The notes under the pieces are model-generated. The model ran no database searches and had not been told where the DNA came from. It was given only the letters and a program-made list of their open reading frames with translations. Below, piece after piece: positions 18,063 through 27,805 of a stretch of DNA of 54,456 nucleotides. This DNA is from Planctomycetota bacterium (GTDB taxonomy: Bacteria > Planctomycetota > UBA11346): NCBI GenBank assembly GCA_043775355.1, contig JAYVSL010000163.1:1-54456 (forward strand), read 5' to 3'. Position 1 is the first letter of the stretch. Each line of letters starts with the position of its first letter. A program made the position numbers and the translations under genes.

Positions 18063-19454
18063 TTATCTCAGTCCGAGTTGGCGCACTTTGTAGCGTATCT
18101 GGCGGAAGCTGATGCCGAGAAGTTTGGCAGCTTCGGTGAGATTGTCGTCGGTCACGGTGAGAGCAGCTTCCATCAGCGAGCGTTCGTAATCCGCCAGCTC
18201 GCGTTCCAGATCGATGCATTCTCGTAGTCCGATACGCGCACGCAGTTCATCGCCTGGTTTAATTTCGGTTTTCGCCCCACCCAATGGCCGCGTGGTGAGA
18301 TCACTGAAGAGAACGTCGTAGCCAATGTCGCCGCTGGCGGTCATTGCCGCACCGCGCTGGATGCGATTATCCAATTCACGAATATTGCCGGGCCACGGGT
18401 GCGCTAACATGGCGTCGAGGGCATCTTGCGTGAAGCCGGTGATGCCGCGACGCATCTTCACCGCGTGACGGGCGAGAAGATGCCCGGCAAGCAACGGAAT
18501 ATCTTCCACGCGATTGCGTAGCGGCGGCAAATGGAGAGGAATCACCGCAAGACGATAATAAAGATCTTCGCGAAAATCTCCGGCTTTCACCATCGTCATC
18601 AGATCACGGTTGGTCGCGGCGACTAAACGAACATTGCACGTCAGCACTTCGCGACCACCGACTGGCAGATATTCGCCATTTTCCAAAACTCGCAAAAGCT
18701 TCACCTGAGTTTCGCTGGCGAGTTCACCGATTTCGTCAAGAAACAAAGTACCGCCGTCAGCGAGCGCGAAGAGCCCCTGACGATCCTCGATCGCACCGGT
18801 AAACGATCCTTTGACGTGACCAAATAATTCACTCTCCAACAATGATGGTGTCAAAGCACCTGAATTAATCCGCACCAATGGCCCATCGCTACGCATGCTG
18901 GCATAATGCACCGCTCGTGCGACGAGCTCTTTCCCGGTGCCACTTTCACCGGTAACCAAAACCGTCGAATCGGTGGTCGACACTTGTTCGATGGCGGCTT
19001 GAATCTGTTGAATGCCACGGCTCTGGCCCACCAGATGCACCACTGGCGGATGTGTTTGTGCTCCTTGCGCGCGAGTAGCCAAATAGTGTTCACGGGCATC
19101 CAATGCACGCGCGATCAGCGCCCGTACCACTTGATTATCGAATGGTTTGCGCAGGAAATTATATGCGCCTTGGCGCATCGCCCGCACCGCCGTATCCCAT
19201 TCGGCAAACGCGGTCATAATGATGACAAAAATGTCGGGATGGAACTGGCGCACATGAGCAAGCAGCCCAATGCCATCGAGCGGTTCCATCCGCAAATCGC
19301 TGAGCACTAATTCAATTCCAGGATTTGCCGCGATCAGCTTGATGGCTTCTTGACCGTTCGCTGCCTGCAACACCTGGTGACCGTCACGTCGCAAGATGAT
19401 ATCCAGCATCCCGCGTAAACCGGCTTCATCATCAACAACTAAGATGCGACCCAT
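18063..19454 (-). CDS. Sigma54-dependent response regulator (NtrC/PilR-like)
   Basis: Receiver ILVVDDE..SDLRM; AAA+ GESGTGKE, ESELFGHVKGSFTGA, LFLDEIG, FREDLYYRL, WPGNIREL; Fis HTH AAKLLGISFRQIRYK. Confidence 0.95.
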   Translation of the reverse strand: MGRILVVDDEAGLRGMLDIILRRDGHQVLQAANGQEAIKLIAANPGIELVLSDLRMEPLDGIGLLAHVRQFHPDIFVIIMTAFAEWDTAVRAMRQGAYNFLRKPFDNQVVRALIARALDAREHYLATRAQGAQTHPPVVHLVGQSRGIQQIQAAIEQVSTTDSTVLVTGESGTGKELVARAVHYASMRSDGPLVRINSGALTPSLLESELFGHVKGSFTGAIEDRQGLFALADGGTLFLDEIGELASETQVKLLRVLENGEYLPVGGREVLTCNVRLVAATNRDLMTMVKAGDFREDLYYRLAVIPLHLPPLRNRVEDIPLLAGHLLARHAVKMRRGITGFTQDALDAMLAHPWPGNIRELDNRIQRGAAMTASGDIGYDVLFSDLTTRPLGGAKTEIKPGDELRARIGLRECIDLERELADYERSLMEAALTVTDDNLTEAAKLLGISFRQIRYKVRQLGLR

Positions 19455-19504
19455 GGCGATGCAGCATGCCGTACTGACTACGGTTGCTCAAGAGCGAGAG
19501 TCTA

Positions 19505-19540
19505 CCAAAACTTCACGGCCACCCATTTGGGCGGCCGTGA
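19505..19540 (-). terminator. Probable terminator of the nusA-infB-rbfA-gpsA-omp transcript
   Basis: Stem TCACGGCC..GGCCGTGA followed by AGTTTT on the minus strand. Confidence 0.55.
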
Positions 19541-19616
19541 TGATCAATTTACTTCACTGACACATGCCGCCAAAAGCGGCTAAAAATGGCGTAAAAGCTG
19601 CAGCAAAAGCTGCTTT

Positions 19617-20480
19617 TTACGGCTTCCACTCGAAGCCGATGCCCAGAATCACTTCAGCGGTCTCTTTACCTGCCGCCTTCAGTGCTTCACGATCATCGTT
19701 TTCCAGCCAGAAGTGTGCTTCCAAGCGGGTAATCACCCAGAAGTCATTCAAGAAAAACGGAGCCACATAGCGCAGACCAAGGTCTGCGGTGGTGAAGCCG
19801 GTTTCATCACTGCCAATCAAGAAGCTCTTGTAGGCGCCGTTACCGAAGTTTAACACTTCGTAGAAGGCGATGTCCAATGGCGCATTCTGAATGAATTGGC
19901 GCGCAGCGATAGCACTACGAAATGCATGCGACGACATCCCGCCGTTGCCACGATAGGCATCTTTATCGCCATCATAGAACGGGTTGTAGTCGAAGCTCAG
20001 GCCGATTTCCATGCCCTGCCAAGGCAACAGGTACCAGCTATCAAGACCAAACCAATTCTGGCCGCTCTTGTATGGACGTTCTTTCCAGTTGGGGTAGGTG
20101 GTGAAATCGTAGTGTGGGATAAACTGAAAAAGGCCTGGTACTTCAATCAAATAGTCGAGACCCAAATTAATTTGGGTGGTTTCGCCAGCGTTGATAGTGT
20201 CGACTTGGCTGTCATCGCCGTTAGCGGCGAGGTACCAATCGGCATGAAAGCCGATGTCCCAGTAACGCATATCCAGGTGACCAATGGCGGTCACGTTTTG
20301 GTTACGGATTACGCCTTGATCGTAATGTTTGTTGACCAGCTCCGCGCCGAGGCGGAGATCAAACTCATTGGTTTCAGTGTTGACTAGCTGCAGATCAGTC
20401 TCGACCGCTGATGCGGTACCGAGAGACATGGCAGCGAGGCAGACGGTCGCGAGGACGGGGCTCAGGGCCGGCTTATTCAT
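19617..20480 (-). CDS. Putative outer-membrane beta-barrel protein
   Basis: Signal peptide ending ASA; alternating aromatic/polar strands; terminal LGIGFEWKP; ATGA overlap with the gpsA stop. Confidence 0.7.
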   Translation of the reverse strand: MNKPALSPVLATVCLAAMSLGTASAVETDLQLVNTETNEFDLRLGAELVNKHYDQGVIRNQNVTAIGHLDMRYWDIGFHADWYLAANGDDSQVDTINAGETTQINLGLDYLIEVPGLFQFIPHYDFTTYPNWKERPYKSGQNWFGLDSWYLLPWQGMEIGLSFDYNPFYDGDKDAYRGNGGMSSHAFRSAIAARQFIQNAPLDIAFYEVLNFGNGAYKSFLIGSDETGFTTADLGLRYVAPFFLNDFWVITRLEAHFWLENDDREALKAAGKETAEVILGIGFEWKP

Positions 20481-21463
20481 GCGTCTTCTTCCTTGGGTGC
20501 GCGGGAAAGGAGATTTTCCATCGCGGTAGGCACGGGTGTAGCAGCCCATATCACATTTGCCACCTGAGAAGCGATGGGGAGCTCGCAAGCGACTCTCTCT
20601 GCCAGGGCTAAGGCCGCGCGACAGGTCCACGCGCCCTCGGCAATTCCGGTGCGAGCATCCAGCAAACGCTGCGGATCCCGACCTTCGGCAAGCGCTTGAC
20701 CGAGGCCGCGATTGCGCCCGAGTGGGCTGTAGCAGCTGGTCAGCAAATCACCGATTCCGGCCATGCCCGAAAACGTCACGTCGACAGCGCCAAGTGTGCG
20801 ACCCAATCGACGCATCTCGGTCAAACCACGCGTAATAATCGCGGCTTTCGCATTATCACCGAGCTTCATTCCGTCGCAAATTCCGGCGGCAATGGCGATG
20901 ACGTTCTTCAGCGCACCACCCAGCTCGACACCGACCAAATCGGTCGAGGTGTACAAACGACAACGCGGCGAATGCAGGCGCTCAACCAGATGAGTCGTGA
21001 GACTTTCCGGTCCTGCGGCAACTAAGCAAAATGGCCGACCAACCGCACATTCACCGGCCATGCTTGGACCAGACAGCGCCGCGTATAAACGCGGTCCCAG
21101 TTCGGCGGCCAAGATCTGACTGACGCGCGCCAGAGTGATGTGCTCAAGACCTTTGCTGAGCGACACCACCGCTGCACCTGCTGGTATATGTCCGACCAGC
21201 GTACGCGCCAAAGTGCGAGTCGCCTGCGTCGGCACTGCCCACAAAATCAATTCGGCTTTCACCAGGGCTTGCGGTTCCGCCGTGATCGTCAACGACGGTG
21301 GCAGCAGCAAACCAGGAAGCGCAGGATGCTGTCGTGTTGCTGCGAGTTCGGTCGTCTTCACCGGATCGCGTCCCAGCAGAACGACCTGCCGACCATCGCG
21401 AGCGGCCATCGCGGCCATCGCCGTGCCCCACGCACCGGTTCCAATCACGGCGATCTGCGACAT
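20477..21463 (-). CDS. gpsA: NAD(P)H-dependent glycerol-3-phosphate dehydrogenase
   Basis: IGTGAWGTA, SLSKGLE, LSGPS, GVELGGALKNVIAIAAG, GIGDLLTSC..RN. Confidence 0.96.
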   Translation of the reverse strand: MSQIAVIGTGAWGTAMAAMAARDGRQVVLLGRDPVKTTELAATRQHPALPGLLLPPSLTITAEPQALVKAELILWAVPTQATRTLARTLVGHIPAGAAVVSLSKGLEHITLARVSQILAAELGPRLYAALSGPSMAGECAVGRPFCLVAAGPESLTTHLVERLHSPRCRLYTSTDLVGVELGGALKNVIAIAAGICDGMKLGDNAKAAIITRGLTEMRRLGRTLGAVDVTFSGMAGIGDLLTSCYSPLGRNRGLGQALAEGRDPQRLLDARTGIAEGAWTCRAALALAERVACELPIASQVANVIWAATPVPTAMENLLSRAPKEEDA

Positions 21464-21507
21464 AGGCGGCGCACCTTCAGCTCATGAAGCGGCCTCGCAA
21501 GAGGTCA

Positions 21508-21918
21508 CTATTCTGGTTTGGGCGCTTCCGCAGCCGGAGTGGGCTGAGCACCGCCATCGCTATCGGTTTGGCGCGCTTTACGAATGAGATCATCCATCGA
21601 ACCGCGCTGCACTTCAACGTCGTCATAAGCGAACGACAGAATCGGCAACAAGCGCGTCTTGACCACCGGCGCATAACGATGCTGAACAAAACCGCGTGCC
21701 TGCTCTAACGCGTGAGCCGCCTGACGACGTTCGCTGGGCGTGCCGAAAACGGTGTAGAACGCTTTGACGAAATGCAGATCTTCGGTCATCTCGACGCGCG
21801 TGACGGTGATAAAACCAATTCGCGGATCTTTTAATTCCTGCTGAATGCAGACGGCGATCTCGCGGTGAAGCAAGGATTGCAGTCGGGCCTTGCGGCTGGG
21901 TCCTGATTTCGGCGGCAT
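21508..21918 (-). CDS. rbfA: 30S ribosome-binding factor A
   Basis: ELKDPRIGFITVTRVEMTEDL..KTRLLPILSFAYD; lies downstream of infB. Confidence 0.95.
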   Translation of the reverse strand: MPPKSGPSRKARLQSLLHREIAVCIQQELKDPRIGFITVTRVEMTEDLHFVKAFYTVFGTPSERRQAAHALEQARGFVQHRYAPVVKTRLLPILSFAYDDVEVQRGSMDDLIRKARQTDSDGGAQPTPAAEAPKPE

Positions 21919-22088
21919 AAAGGCAATGTCCGATGGTATAAATGTTCAAGACCATAAAATGAAACTGGCAAAATCTTTAACAAGCCGGCGCCGTCTCAGC
22001 GGCTTTTCTGGACGCTACGCTTTCATCACGTGAAGCATACCATGCTGGTTTTACCGGTGATTGAACACCGAACCAGCACAGCTCGCGC

Positions 22089-25000
22089 TTACAGCGTACG
22101 CGCGACCTTCTCTTTGGTGAAGAATTCCATGATATCGCCAGTCTTGATGTCTTCGAATTTCTCAACCGTCAGACCGCATTCAAACTTCTCGCGTACTTCT
22201 TTGACGTCTTCTTTGAAGCGGCGCAACGAACCGACCTTGCCGGTATGCAGAATGTTGTTCTCACGGGTGATACGCATCCATGCATCGCGACGGCAAACAC
22301 CGTCGGTGATATGCAGACCAGCGACCACACCAACTTTGGTGATGGTGAAGGTCTGACGCACTTCGGCGTGGCCGATGACTTTCTCGACCGTCGCAGGATC
22401 GAGCATGCCGCCCATCGCCGCCTTGAGGTAGTCGAGCAATTCGTAGATGATGGTGAAGCTGGAAATTTGCAGATGATAACTGTCAGCCAACGCACGGGCT
22501 TTGCTGTCGGCGATGATGTTGAAACCAACAATCATGGCACCGGAAGCCTCAGCTAAGGTCACGTCGCTGGAGTTGATGCCGCCAACACCCGAATGGATGA
22601 CGGTGACGCGCACTTCGTCGGTTGCGAGATCGTTGATGGTCTTGTTGAGCACTTCCATCGAACCGGCAGCGTCGGATTTCACCACCACGCGGATTTCCTT
22701 CTTCTTGGCATGGGCCAAGTCGCCGAAAATCGAAGAAGCCGTAGTGGTCTTTTGCTTCGCTGCCAAGGCGCGTTCGCGCACTTTTTGAATGCGCGTTTCC
22801 GCAACTTCAGCAGCTTGCTTGAGGTCGTCGAGAACCTGGAAGCGATCGCCAGCACGTGGCATATCGTTGAGGCCGATGATTTCGACGGCGTGACTTGGGC
22901 CAGCCAATTTAATGCGTTCGCCGGTCCATTCGCTCATGCTGCGCACGCGGCCATAGCCAACGCCCGCCACCACGATGTCACCCAGGGCCAGCGAACCGCG
23001 CTGCACCAGGAAGGTCGCAGTAACGCCTTGGCCTTCGCTGCGATGCGCTTCGATCACCGTACCGCTGGCGTTGGCGAAGTGATTCGCTTTCAGCTCAAGC
23101 ACGTCGGTTTCCAACGATAAACGTTCAAGCAATTCTTCGATGCCAACGCCCGTCGTCGCACTGGTGCCGACCACGGCGATTTCACCGCCCCATTCTTCGG
23201 CCTGCAAACCGGCCTCAGCCAATTCGCGGATAACTTTTTCACGCTGACCAGGAGCCATGGCTTCTGGTTTGTCGATTTTATTGAGCGCAACCACGATCGA
23301 AACGCCCGCCGCTTTGGCGTGGTTGATCGCTTCTTTGGTTTGCGGCATGACGCCGTCATCGGCGGCGACCACAATCACCACCACGTCGGTGACTTGTGAA
23401 CCGCGCGCGCGCATTTCGGTAAATGCTTCGTGCCCAGGCGTATCGATGAAGGTCACTTCCAAGCCACTTGGTGTCATCACCGTGTAAGCGCCAATATGCT
23501 GGGTGATTCCACCCGCTTCGCCGGCGGCGACTTGGGTCTTACGAATCGCATCAAGCAGACTGGTTTTACCGTGGTCAACGTGACCCATGATGGTCACCAC
23601 TGGCGGACGCGGCACGAGATCTTCTGGCTTGTCCTCTTCTTTGGCCGCGGCCTGTTCGGCGTCGACTTCTTCGGTGATGTCGGACGCTTCACGGATGGTG
23701 ACGGTCTTCTTGAATTCCATCGCCAACAATTCGACCGCGTCTTTTTCAATAACCGAATTGATGTTCGCCATCACGCCGGCCATGAACAGCTTGGCGATAA
23801 CCGAGCTGGATTTGATACCCGACGCTTCACTGAATTCACGCACGGTGCACGGCAACGCGACAGAGAACTCAGTCTTGCCAGAGAGATCAACATCTTCGGT
23901 CGACAATGGACGACGACGATTTTTGAGCGGATTTCCGTCCGCATCAAGTTCAGTTGGGGTGCGATGATCACGCGAATCGCGCTTGGGACCACGGCCAGCC
24001 TGTGGGCCACCCGGTGCGCGATTGGGACCGCCGCCGCCAGGACCACGTGGTCCGCCAGGGCCAGCGCGACCACCAGCAGGAGCCGGGGTTTTGCTGCGAT
24101 CTATCGGGGTAAATCCAGGCTTCTTGCGCGCCTGAAGTTTCGCATCGCGAACTTTCTGAGCCATCGCCAGATTCTTGCGGATGTTGTCTTGAATCAGTCG
24201 ACGGCGATCTTCTGGACTCAAACTTTCAGGAATGACCAACGGAATCGTCGACGCAGCGGCAGCAGGCTTCGGCACTGCTTTAATACTGTGATCCCCTTTC
24301 TCGTGCGTGGCTTTCGCCAAACTTGCGAGCTTGGAACCGATGCCTTTCAGCGCTTTGTTTTCACTCAGCACGGGCGCGACGGGCGCCTTCGCAACTGGTG
24401 CTGCAATGACTGGCGCTGGCGGTTGTGTTTCTTGCACAACCGGAGCTGGAGCTTTTGGTGCCACCGGTTCAGCCACGAATGCCTGCGGTTGAGCAGGTGC
24501 TAATGCGGCTGGTTGGCTTACCACGACGGGAGCTTCGCTGACCGCGCTCGGAGCGTTCGACGTGCTCGTCGCAACGCCATTTCCGGCAGCGTTTGCGTTT
24601 GCAGCGGCGCTGGCGGCGGCGTTAGCAGCGCGAGTAATCGCGGCCTGGGCCACAGCTTCCTGACGCATGGCAGACAATTCAGAAGAAATGCGCTTCGCTT
24701 CGCTTTCGCGACGCTTCATGTCCTCTTCGGCGATAAAACGCTGAGATTCAGCGTGTACCATGGCTTCACTCTCGCTACGAACACGAACGTGTTCCGCTTC
24801 GAGGGCTTCGCGGGCCTGACGTTCGGCTTCACGACGGGCAAGCTCTTCTTCATGCTTGATACGTTCGAGGCCAGCTTTGGCGTCCTCAACTTTTTTGAGC
24901 GCTTCCGCTTCCGCTTCCAATTTACGCTTCTTGGTTTCGAGACCTTTTTTGGTCGCGATTTTCTTTTTATGCTTTTCCTCGAACTCTTTGGGGATGATCG

Positions 25001-25181
25001 GGGTGAATGGCTTACCGTCTGCGGTTTCCAGTCCATCACAGGCAAGAATGCGGCTAATTTCCGCTTCCTTCAGCACGGTATCCATACCCTTGGCCAAACT
25101 GATCGACAGATCCACCTCGACGACTTCGCGCAGGAGGTCGGCGTCAAGGTGGTGTTCGGAGGCGAGCTCGCTGAGCTTCAT
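22089..25181 (-). CDS. infB: Translation initiation factor IF-2
   Basis: [57 protein letters not shown]. Confidence 0.98.
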   Translation of the reverse strand: MKLSELASEHHLDADLLREVVEVDLSISLAKGMDTVLKEAEISRILACDGLETADGKPFTPIIPKEFEEKHKKKIATKKGLETKKRKLEAEAEALKKVEDAKAGLERIKHEEELARREAERQAREALEAEHVRVRSESEAMVHAESQRFIAEEDMKRRESEAKRISSELSAMRQEAVAQAAITRAANAAASAAANANAAGNGVATSTSNAPSAVSEAPVVVSQPAALAPAQPQAFVAEPVAPKAPAPVVQETQPPAPVIAAPVAKAPVAPVLSENKALKGIGSKLASLAKATHEKGDHSIKAVPKPAAAASTIPLVIPESLSPEDRRRLIQDNIRKNLAMAQKVRDAKLQARKKPGFTPIDRSKTPAPAGGRAGPGGPRGPGGGGPNRAPGGPQAGRGPKRDSRDHRTPTELDADGNPLKNRRRPLSTEDVDLSGKTEFSVALPCTVREFSEASGIKSSSVIAKLFMAGVMANINSVIEKDAVELLAMEFKKTVTIREASDITEEVDAEQAAAKEEDKPEDLVPRPPVVTIMGHVDHGKTSLLDAIRKTQVAAGEAGGITQHIGAYTVMTPSGLEVTFIDTPGHEAFTEMRARGSQVTDVVVIVVAADDGVMPQTKEAINHAKAAGVSIVVALNKIDKPEAMAPGQREKVIRELAEAGLQAEEWGGEIAVVGTSATTGVGIEELLERLSLETDVLELKANHFANASGTVIEAHRSEGQGVTATFLVQRGSLALGDIVVAGVGYGRVRSMSEWTGERIKLAGPSHAVEIIGLNDMPRAGDRFQVLDDLKQAAEVAETRIQKVRERALAAKQKTTTASSIFGDLAHAKKKEIRVVVKSDAAGSMEVLNKTINDLATDEVRVTVIHSGVGGINSSDVTLAEASGAMIVGFNIIADSKARALADSYHLQISSFTIIYELLDYLKAAMGGMLDPATVEKVIGHAEVRQTFTITKVGVVAGLHITDGVCRRDAWMRITRENNILHTGKVGSLRRFKEDVKEVREKFECGLTVEKFEDIKTGDIMEFFTKEKVARTL

Positions 25182-25246
25182 AGGGTCTCGATGCGTCGTA
25201 ACAGGGAACTTGGTATAAACGGTCTAAGCTAGAAAAGCGGGAAAAA

Positions 25247-26578
25247 TCAGACGGCTGGAGTTGCCGCTTCGCCAGAAGCGCCCGCCTGCATCGCTGCTTG
25301 AGCGACCGCCAGCGCATCGGCTTCAGCAGCGACGAGGCCACGGGCTTCCTCGTCAGCAGCTTCACGTTCCGCCTGTTGTCGGCGGGCGATGATTTGATCG
25401 CGTTCGACCTTCTGCTCATCGGTGAGCAGTTCTTCGGCCTTGGCAACCAGCTTGGTCGCCAAATCCAACGTCACGTGGTGCGCTTCGAAGGATTCGACCA
25501 AGCGTTCGGGCGACTGAGCCGCCAACACTGCCATCGAATCCAGATGACTATCGAGGAAGACTTCGCGCAAGAAGTCTTCGAGCAATCCAGCAGCGATAAG
25601 TTTCTGCAACTCTTCGGTGCCTTTGACGCGGGCCAACGTCGCCGCTTCTTCGCTCATCACGTCGATCTTGTAGCGCGTCAAACGTGCACTGAGACGCACG
25701 TTTTGACCGGCTTTACCAATCGCCAGCGGCAATTGATCTTGGCTCACTACCACGCGCGCGCGATCGCGGAACGTATCGTAGCTGATGCGCAACACCCGAG
25801 CAGGCTTCAACGAGTTCTCAATGAACTGCGCCGGATCTTCTGCCCATGGAATGATGTCGATTTTCTCGCCACCAAGTTCATCAGTGATCTTGGTGATGCG
25901 ACTGCCGCGCATACCAACACACGAACCAACCGGATCGATGCGCGCATCTTGCGTTGAAACCGCGATCTTGGTGCGGCGACCAGGCTCGCGCACGATGCCT
26001 TTGATTTCGATCAGACCGTCAGCGACTTCAGGAATTTCGGCCTTAAACAATTCACGCACAAAATTGCCGTGGGTACGCGAAAGGACCAAGCGCACGCGCT
26101 GACCTTTCTTGCCGACCGTCAGCAAGTATGCACGAACGACGGAACCAGGACGATAAACTTCACCAGGAATCTGCTCTTCTTTTGGCAGAATCGCTTCAGC
26201 GCGTCCACCCAAGGACACGATCACCATGCCGCGCTCTTCACGCGTCACGGTTCCGGAAACCAATGTGTGTTCACGGGTAAAGAAATCTTCATACAGCATG
26301 TCGCGCTCGCTCTCTTTGAGCGCCTGCACAAACACTTGCTTGGCAACGTTGGCCACGATGCGGCCAAGACGTTCCAACTCGACTGGCTTGTCGTCTTCAA
26401 AAGCACGGATTTCACCGGTCTCTCGATCGATGGTCAGAGTAAAATCGCCCACTGCGTCAAAGCGCTTTTGCGCTGCCTGGATCAAGGCGCGCTCAATGTG
26501 GTCGATAATAATCTTCTTGTCCAAGCCGCGCTCGCGAGCGGCGGCATCGACAAGACGCATAAATTCGCCCTGATTCAT
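25247..26578 (-). CDS. nusA: Transcription termination/antitermination factor NusA
   Basis: S1 and KH domains: REPGRRTKIAV, DPVGSCVGMRGSRI, LAIGKAGQNVRLSARLT. Confidence 0.97.
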   Translation of the reverse strand: MNQGEFMRLVDAAARERGLDKKIIIDHIERALIQAAQKRFDAVGDFTLTIDRETGEIRAFEDDKPVELERLGRIVANVAKQVFVQALKESERDMLYEDFFTREHTLVSGTVTREERGMVIVSLGGRAEAILPKEEQIPGEVYRPGSVVRAYLLTVGKKGQRVRLVLSRTHGNFVRELFKAEIPEVADGLIEIKGIVREPGRRTKIAVSTQDARIDPVGSCVGMRGSRITKITDELGGEKIDIIPWAEDPAQFIENSLKPARVLRISYDTFRDRARVVVSQDQLPLAIGKAGQNVRLSARLTRYKIDVMSEEAATLARVKGTEELQKLIAAGLLEDFLREVFLDSHLDSMAVLAAQSPERLVESFEAHHVTLDLATKLVAKAEELLTDEQKVERDQIIARRQQAEREAADEEARGLVAAEADALAVAQAAMQAGASGEAATPAV

Positions 26579-26683
26579 GGGCTTCCCAATCTGCTAAAAA
26601 CGTGCTGTAAGAGGTTGATAAAGCGAAACCTTGAGTGATGGGAAAGGGCCAAGAGTCTGACCCGGAAGCGATGCCAAGAGCGC

Positions 26684-26714
26684 TAAAAAAAGCGTGAGCC
26701 GGTGGCCCACGCTC
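26684..26714 (-). promoter_or_regulatory. rimP-leader-like attenuator hairpin upstream of nusA
   Basis: Minus strand GAGCGTGGGCC-ACC-GGCTCACGCT-TTTTTT resembles the GAGTGGGC..GCCCAC U-tract rimP leader; it sits at the head of the nusA-infB operon. Confidence 0.7.
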
Positions 26715-26741
26715 GGTTGAGGTCCCGAATGTGAGGGAGGG

Positions 26742-26769
26742 AAGCTAGTGCGAGCATTGGTGCGGTCAA
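26742..26769 (-). promoter_or_regulatory. Putative sigma70 promoter of the nusA operon
   Basis: TTGACC-N16-TAGCTT on the minus strand, just upstream of the leader hairpin. Confidence 0.35.
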
Positions 26770-26992
26770 GGTTTCGCCCCACTTCTCTCACCGTTCAGAC
26801 CGAATCAGTGACTACAGACTGCCGAACCTCTGTGCATCGATGTCGCAGCATTGATCGAAAGCCCAACAGGAAAAGCGGTTGAGCGCCACCCAGCGAAGTT
26901 ATGAATCCTACGTAAGCCAGTTCTCCATCTGCTTTCAACCACTATGGTTCCCGCCCCGACAACACCGCTGTGAACACCGACGACGCATGACT

Positions 26993-27805
26993 ATGGTCCA
27001 TTTTCTATTTCACCTGAATCATCGTCTGCGCTCACCACGCTGGTTGCCATTCCTGGTCAGCCTAGGGCTGATCGTTGGCGTGCGCGCCGCTGATGTTGCA
27101 ACAACGGCAGAGACAGCGAATTCAGCTCTTGAGCTTTTACGTGCAGCCAACGTTGCCCGCGCAGAACTCGCGCGCGAGGAATCTGTTTGGCGCGGTGAGC
27201 GTCAGCGCTTGCAGGCCGCCATCGCGGCGACGCGCGCTGAACAAGCGCGCTTGGCACACGACACCGCAGAAATTCAAAGCCAGACTGAGCACACGCGCAC
27301 TAAACTCGACACGTTGAATGCCGCCAACGAGCTTGATGCGCTGCGCCTGCGCTTGAGCAAAGCCAGCGCACAAATCAACACCGCACTCACCGCACTGGCC
27401 CGCACCGTGCCGCCAGGAACGGTTGGCATTCCTGCGGCGAATCTCACCGGCGAAGCTGCCTTTGATGCAGCGATTCGCGCATTGGATGCCAGCGAACGCG
27501 CCGCCAGCGCGGTCGCCGTTGAGGTCGTGAGCGGCACGCGCGATGGCCGTAGCGATGGCCACAGCGATGGCCACAGCGAAGCGGTGAAATTGCTGCGCGT
27601 TGCCGGCGCGGTCGCGTGGTGGGTGGCGTTGGATGGCAGCGCTGCTGGCAACGCCCGCATGATTGATGGAAAATTGCAGTTGGAAATTGCGGCGGATGAA
27701 CGCACGCGCTTAGACATCACTTTGGCGTTGGCGCAAGCGGAGGGACGTGCGCAACCGACCATCGTTTTATTACCCGCACCCAGCACCACCGGAGGCGCGC
27801 CATGA
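26993..27805 (+). CDS. DUF3450-like (TtpB-like) periplasmic coiled-coil protein
   Basis: Signal peptide ending VRA; W..ERQRL coiled coil; LLRVAGAVAWWVALDG; first gene of the Ton cluster. Exact start uncertain (26987 or 26993). Confidence 0.7.
   Translation: MVHFLFHLNHRLRSPRWLPFLVSLGLIVGVRAADVATTAETANSALELLRAANVARAELAREESVWRGERQRLQAAIAATRAEQARLAHDTAEIQSQTEHTRTKLDTLNAANELDALRLRLSKASAQINTALTALARTVPPGTVGIPAANLTGEAAFDAAIRALDASERAASAVAVEVVSGTRDGRSDGHSDGHSEAVKLLRVAGAVAWWVALDGSAAGNARMIDGKLQLEIAADERTRLDITLALAQAEGRAQPTIVLLPAPSTTGGAP

Noticed and set aside
21919-22088. DUF503/YlxP gene between infB and rbfA
   Set aside because: The gap is only 170 bp and holds a hairpin but no suitable ORF.
22169-26638. 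Long antisense or alternate-frame ORFs over infB and nusA (e.g. 23430..24503, 24513..25232, 25298..25957)
   Set aside because: They are expected shadows of GC-rich, codon-biased genes, with no motifs or RBS support.
26855-26930. Cobalamin riboswitch upstream of the Ton cluster (AACAGGAAAAGCGGT..AAGCCAG)
   Set aside because: It lacks the GGGAA core, GCCACTG and the AGACC B12-box end, and is too short.
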